NCBI GenBank assembly: GCA_963721545.1
Contig: CAVRKB010000009.1
Location: forward strand, 546,121 to 610,120
Reading direction: 5' to 3'
Source of the DNA: an uncultured Chloroflexia bacterium
GTDB taxonomy: Bacteria; Chloroflexota; Limnocylindria; Limnocylindrales; CSP1-4
DNA: 64,000 nucleotides
Position numbers and translations under genes: made by a program. Shown in pieces: positions 60,085-64,000 of this stretch. The notes beneath the pieces were generated by a model. That model was given only the letters and a program-made list of their open reading frames with translations, searched no databases and was not told where the DNA came from. The stretch's first letter is position 1. Each line of letters begins with the position of its first letter.

Positions 60085-61536
60085 TCACCACTTGCCGACG
60101 CCCATCTGGACGTCCCGGAACCGGGCCCCGGAGCAGGCATGGCCGACGCTCGCGCCCTGGCCCGGCTCGCCCTTGCCGCAGTTCGGCGTCCCGAGCATCA
60201 CGTAGCTCGACTCGTCGCCGACCGCGTCGCAGGAGCGCCAGAACTCGTAGGTGATGCCGGTGTACGTCGGGTTCTTGAAGAGGCGGCCCTTCTTGCCGTT
60301 CTTGATCTCGTACGCGACCTCGGTCGCGAACTGGAAGTTCAGCCGGCGGTCGTCGATCGACCACGACCGGTTCGAGGCGAGGTAGAACCCGTCGTCGGTG
60401 TCGGCGACGATGTCGTCGAGGCTCATCCCGGGCTTCGGCAGCAGGTTGAGGTTCGTCATCCGGATCAGCGGGATGCGGTTCCAGCCGTCGGCCCGCATCG
60501 CGCCGCCGGACTGGCGGCCGATCCGCGGCGCGGTCTCGCGCGACGACAGGTAGCCGACGAAGATCCCGTTCTGGACGATCGGCACGGACGCCGCGGCGAC
60601 GCCCTCGTCGTCCCAGCCGAACGTGCCCATGCCGCCCGGCGCGGTCGCGTCGGCCACGATGTCGATCAGGTCGCTGCCGTAGCGGAAGCCGTCCTGGAGC
60701 TTGTCGGTCGTCAGGAAGCTCGTGCCCGCGTAGCTCGCCTCGGTTCCGAAGACCCGGTCGAGCTCGCTCGGGTGGCCGCAGCTCTCGTGGACCTGCATGT
60801 AGAGCTGGGACGGATCGAGGACGACCGTGAAGCGGCCGGACGGGCACTGCGGCGCGCTCAGCAGCGCGACCGCCTCCTCGCCGAGCGGCCCGCCGTTTCC
60901 CTCGAGGTCGAGGCCGCGGACGTACTCGAAGCCGGCTGCCCGGAACGGACCGCCATCGCCGTCGGGATAGCTCCGGCGCTGGTGCTCGTCGCCTTCGATG
61001 GCGTTCGCCTCGATGCCGGCGCCGATGTGGGTGAGGGTCTGCTCGGTGAAGCTGCCGTCGGTCGCGGCGAACGTCTTCCACTCGCGGCGGGCGTCGTAGC
61101 GGGTCTCGGTGAACGTGACGCCCTTCGCCCGGCCGGCAGCGCCGTCCGCCGCGAGCAGGAGCGAGATCTTCTCCTCCAGCGGGACCTCGAACGGGTCCTG
61201 CTCGATCGGGGTCTCGTAGGTTCCAAGCGCCGGCGGACGCTCGTCCAGCTGGACGCGCTGGCGGAGCGCCGTCGCCGAGGCGCGAGCGATCCGGACGGCC
61301 TGGCCGGCGACGCGGTCGGCCTCCGCGGCGGTCAGGCGGTTCGAGCTGGCGAAGCCCCAGGCGCCGTCGACGAGGACGCGGACGCCGAACCCTTCCGACT
61401 CGCCGGCGGCGACGCCCTCGACCCGGCTGGACTTGATCGCGATCGATTCGTCCACGCGGCGGACGACGCGCACGTCGGCATAGCCCGCGCCGAGCTGGGC
61501 GGCCGTATCCAGGGCTCGGTCGGTGAGGTCTCGCAT
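60085..61536 (-). CDS. tldD: TldD-family metalloprotease, 483 aa, intact
   Basis: Corresponds to ORF 60085..61536. It reads MRDLTDRALDTAAQLGAGYADVRVVRR...GFGVRVLVDGAWGFASS...QVHESCGHPSELDRVFGTEASYAGTSF...GTFGWDDEGV...LIRMTNLNLLPKPG...YLASNRSWSIDDRRLNFQFATEVAYEIKNGK...GKGEPGQGASVGHACSGARF. Confidence 0.9.
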   Translation of the reverse strand: MRDLTDRALDTAAQLGAGYADVRVVRRVDESIAIKSSRVEGVAAGESEGFGVRVLVDGAWGFASSNRLTAAEADRVAGQAVRIARASATALRQRVQLDERPPALGTYETPIEQDPFEVPLEEKISLLLAADGAAGRAKGVTFTETRYDARREWKTFAATDGSFTEQTLTHIGAGIEANAIEGDEHQRRSYPDGDGGPFRAAGFEYVRGLDLEGNGGPLGEEAVALLSAPQCPSGRFTVVLDPSQLYMQVHESCGHPSELDRVFGTEASYAGTSFLTTDKLQDGFRYGSDLIDIVADATAPGGMGTFGWDDEGVAAASVPIVQNGIFVGYLSSRETAPRIGRQSGGAMRADGWNRIPLIRMTNLNLLPKPGMSLDDIVADTDDGFYLASNRSWSIDDRRLNFQFATEVAYEIKNGKKGRLFKNPTYTGITYEFWRSCDAVGDESSYVMLGTPNCGKGEPGQGASVGHACSGARFRDVQMGVGKW

Positions 61537-61614
61537 CGGGAGGCGGAGCGTAGCAGAGGGGTTGGCGAACGGCGTATCAGTCGAAGTGCGTATCCGCGGG
61601 GAGCCGCCGCCGGG

Positions 61615-63175
61615 TCAGAGAACCGGCTGGCCCGCGATGGTCTGGATCGACAGGTAGATCCCGACCGCGAACACGACGACGGCCGCCGCGAGCGGCGCGA
61701 ACCGGGCGACGCGGCCCAGGCTGGAGTCGGTCGGCACGGCGTCGAGGCGGCCGCGGGCGGCGACCACGACCAGCCCGATCGCGGTCATCACGGCCGCCAT
61801 CCCGAGCCCGAAGATCACGACCAGGACGAAGCCGAAGGCCGGCCGGCCGGCGACGATCGAACCGAGCAGGATGAACAGGGCGCTCGTCGACGGGATGAGG
61901 CCGCCGGCCAGGCCGAGCGCGAAGAGGCCGCGCCAGCTGAGCGTCGAGCCGGATGGCGGGAGGTGGCTGTGGCTCACGCCGCCGTGGCTGTGCGTGCCGG
62001 GCGCCTCGTCGTGATCGTGCTCTGGCGGTGGTCGTGCGTCGACGTGCTCGTGGGCGTAGCCGTGCTCGTGCGCCTGCTCGTGGGCGTGGGCCGCCCGGCG
62101 CGCAGCGCGTCGCTTCCGGAGCTCCGTCAGCAGCATCCAGCCACCCAGGCCCGCGATCGTCACCGCCGCGACGGCCGGTGCCGCCCGCACGACAAGGTCC
62201 GGCGGCAGCAGGCCCTGGGCCCCGACGACAAGCCCCGCGATCACGAGGATGCCGATCGTGTGCGACACGGTGATCGACAGCCCGAGGCCGACCGCGTGGA
62301 TCGGCGTGCCCTTCGTCCCGACGAGGTACGCGGCCATCAGCGTCTTGCCGTGGCCCGGCGTGAGCGCGTGTCCAGCGCCGAGAGCGAACGCCGTGGCGAT
62401 CGAGAGCAGCAGCACGAACGGCGTCAGGTTGGCCTCGCGGAAGATCGACGGCAGCTCGGCGCCGATGCCGCCCGGGACCGCGGCGATGCCGCCAGGGGTC
62501 GCCGGGTCCTCGGCCACCGCGCCCTGGCCCTGACCGGCGCCGGCCGCGACGGCGGTGGCCATGATCGTGGCGGACCGGATGTCGAGCGGCTGACTGATCA
62601 GGTCCTGCGGATAGGCGGTCAGACGCTTCGACGGGCTCGTCGCCGGCAGGCCGTCGGCCGTCGAGCGTGACGCCGTCCCCGGTGGCGACGATCTCGCGCC
62701 AGCCGATCCGCTCCGCGTCCGACACGTCCTCGAAGGCGATCGCGGTTCCGGCGGCGATGGGCGTCGCGGGCCGGGCAACGTACCCGCACTCGATCCGCAT
62801 CGTCGAGAGGCCGCCGAGGCCGGACGGGAAGCTGATCGCCGCCGTCGTCGGTTCCGGCGTGATCGCCGATCCGCCGACCGACAGCCGGAGGCTCTTCGCG
62901 CGCTCCGCGCAGGCCGGTGCCTGGGCGGCGGCCGCCTCGGCGTCGCTGACGGTGCCGTCGCCGTCGGTGTCGATCCGCTGCCGCTCCTGGAATGTCGGGA
63001 TCTCGGCCAGGTCGATCACGACGTCGAGGCGGACTTCCTCCGGGGCGACGGTGATCCCGGCGAAGTGGTTGATCGTGAAGTTGCCGAGCGGGTGGGCGTC
63101 GGCAGGTCGGGCCGCCACCAGCGCGACGGCGATGGCGGCGACGGCGAGGAAGGCTCGGATCGTGCGACGTCCCAT
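61615..63175 (-). CDS. NicO/RcnA-type nickel/cobalt transporter with N-terminal secreted domain and His-rich loop; one frame change near 62660
   Basis: The signal peptide and N-terminal domain read MGRRTIRAFLAVAAIAVALVAARPADA|HPLGNFTINHFAGITVAPEEVRLDVVIDLAEIPTFQERQRIDTDGDG. The permease reads FVLLLSIATAFALGAGHALTPGHGKTLMAAYLVGTKGT...ITVSHTIGILVIAGLV. The His-rich loop reads AAHAHEQAHEHGYAHEHVDARPPPEHDHDEAPGTHSHGGVSHSH. It continues ...GLAGGLIPSTSALFILLGSIV. Confidence 0.8.
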
Positions 63176-63250
63176 GACGACGAGGGTACGCGGCGGACGC
63201 CGAAAAGGATGACCGGACCACCTTCCGGCCTCCGCCGCTACACTCGCCGC

Positions 63251-63952
63251 GTGACACCAAGCCACGAAACGCCCAGTCGGGGCTGGTTCATCACGATCGA
63301 AGGCCCCGAGGGCGCCGGCAAGACCACGCAGGCCGCCCGGCTCGAAGCGTATCTCCAGGACGACGGCATCCCGACGATCCGGACACGCGAGCCCGGTGGC
63401 ACCGTGCTCGGGGAGCAGATTCGCGACGTGCTCCTCGACGCCGGCAGCCACGACCGGGCGATCGACCCGCTCGCCGACGCGCTGCTCTTCAACGCCGCCC
63501 GCCGCCAGCTGGTCGCCGAGGTCATCGGTCCGGCGCTCGCCGCAGGCACCACCGTCGTCTGCGCGCGCTACACCGACTCGACCCTCGCCTACCAGGGCTA
63601 CGGTGCCGGTCTGCCGCTCGACCACCTTCGGGCGCTCCAGGAGATCGCGACGGCCGGGCTCCGTCCCGACCGGACGATCCTGCTCGACCTGCCGCCGGAG
63701 GTCGGGCTGCAGCGGAAGGCGCTGCACGACCGGACCCGGTTCGAGCTCGAATTCGACATCGACTTCCACCGTCGCGTGCGGCATGGCTTCCTCGAGCTCG
63801 CGGCGATGGAGCCGGAGCGGATCGACCTCGTCGATGCCGCAGCGAGCGCGGCCCAGGTGTGGATGGCCATCCGCCAATCGGTCGATCGACTTCGCGGCGT
63901 CGAGGCACCGGCCGGTGAACCGGAACGGCCCGCCGTACGCATAGAGCGATGA
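63251..63952 (+). CDS. tmk: Thymidylate (dTMP) kinase, intact
   Basis: A GTG start at 63251 lies in ORF 63065..63952. It reads GWFITIEGPEGAGKTTQAARLEAYLQDDGIPTIRTREPGGTVLGEQIRDVLL...LLFNAARRQLVAEVIGPALAAGTTVVCARYTDSTLAYQGYG...PDRTILLDLPPEVGLQR. Confidence 0.9.
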   Translation: MTPSHETPSRGWFITIEGPEGAGKTTQAARLEAYLQDDGIPTIRTREPGGTVLGEQIRDVLLDAGSHDRAIDPLADALLFNAARRQLVAEVIGPALAAGTTVVCARYTDSTLAYQGYGAGLPLDHLRALQEIATAGLRPDRTILLDLPPEVGLQRKALHDRTRFELEFDIDFHRRVRHGFLELAAMEPERIDLVDAAASAAQVWMAIRQSVDRLRGVEAPAGEPERPAVRIER

Positions 63953-64000
63953 ACGACCGGGACTCCGGGCTCTCGGGACGCGTCGCAACGTCGGCTGACG
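63949..64000 (+). CDS. Start of a downstream ORF (17 codons, runs off the right edge); identity not determinable
   Basis: ATG at 63949 overlaps the tmk TGA (ATGA). The sequence MNDRDSGLSGRVATSAD is too short to classify. DNA polymerase III delta-prime often follows tmk, but that is context only. Confidence 0.25.
   Translation, partial: MNDRDSGLSGRVATSAD

Noticed and set aside
61990-62110. Repetitive CAC/GAG/GCG-rich stretch that looks like a short tandem repeat
   Set aside because: It is the coding sequence of the His-rich cytoplasmic loop of the NicO/RcnA-type transporter (HAHEQAHEHGYAHEH...HDHDE...HSHGGVSHSH). It is not a non-coding repeat.
59785-62670. 961-aa ORF on the + strand, the longest in the track
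   Set aside because: It is antisense to the well-supported pmbA-like, tldD and NicO-type genes. Its product is Arg/Ala/Gly/Pro-rich low-complexity sequence with no motif. Long spurious antisense ORFs are expected at this G+C because stop codons are rare.

Overview
This is a very GC-rich bacterial chromosomal segment. Hand counts on single 60-nt lines give about 73-82% G+C in typical genes. Gene content looks Actinomycetota- or Chloroflexota-like, but no taxon can be proven from this window. It is densely coding, with about 70 coding regions. I recognised no rRNA, tRNA, CRISPR array, transposase or integrase.

Gene content from left to right:
- An L-arabinose regulon: truncated araA, a LacI-type repressor with palindromic operators, a YtfQRT/YjfF-type sugar ABC transporter, an unknown lipoprotein translationally coupled to araD, then araB.
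- Small accessory genes: two TfoX_N-like genes, a VOC protein, an ECF sigma factor with a SnoaL-like tail, RidA, a cupin, and a MocR regulator.
- A 5.8-kb block of six Tad-type pseudopilin genes. They form two tandem copies of one three-gene module (TadE-PKD fusion, TadE, TadG-like). No pilin, ATPase, platform or peptidase gene occurs anywhere in the window. This is my best candidate for something new.
- An OmpR-type response regulator with a HAMP-GAF histidine kinase.
- An EndoIII-like glycosylase with an unusual cluster motif.
- A putative glucosylglycerate operon: a GT-A glycosyltransferase, a Usp-Usp-GpgS fusion, and glycerate kinase.
- A DNA-ligase-like gene that lacks the motif I lysine.
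- An MFS transporter, galE, cca and an HNH endonuclease.
- Leucine-catabolic genes: HMG-CoA lyase, MCC alpha and beta, and enoyl-CoA hydratase. They are interrupted by a lower-GC ArsR/SRPBCC/SUFU insert and by a MOSC-GNAT fusion.
- Paralogous Cys-rich lipoproteins and membrane genes next to a GbsR-like regulator.
- pdxS-pdxT, an R3H/AAA ATPase, nitronate monooxygenase, TldD/PmbA, a NicO-type Ni/Co transporter, and tmk.

The dominant technical observation is that roughly two thirds of the genes cannot be read in one frame. Conserved protein segments hop between frames at single-base indels, and pdxT also carries one in-frame TAG. Conserved motifs between the shifts are intact, so I interpret this mainly as consensus or assembly error rather than decay. 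Disrupted genes are therefore listed as CDS with the disruption noted. Their internal boundaries and some starts and stops are approximate.
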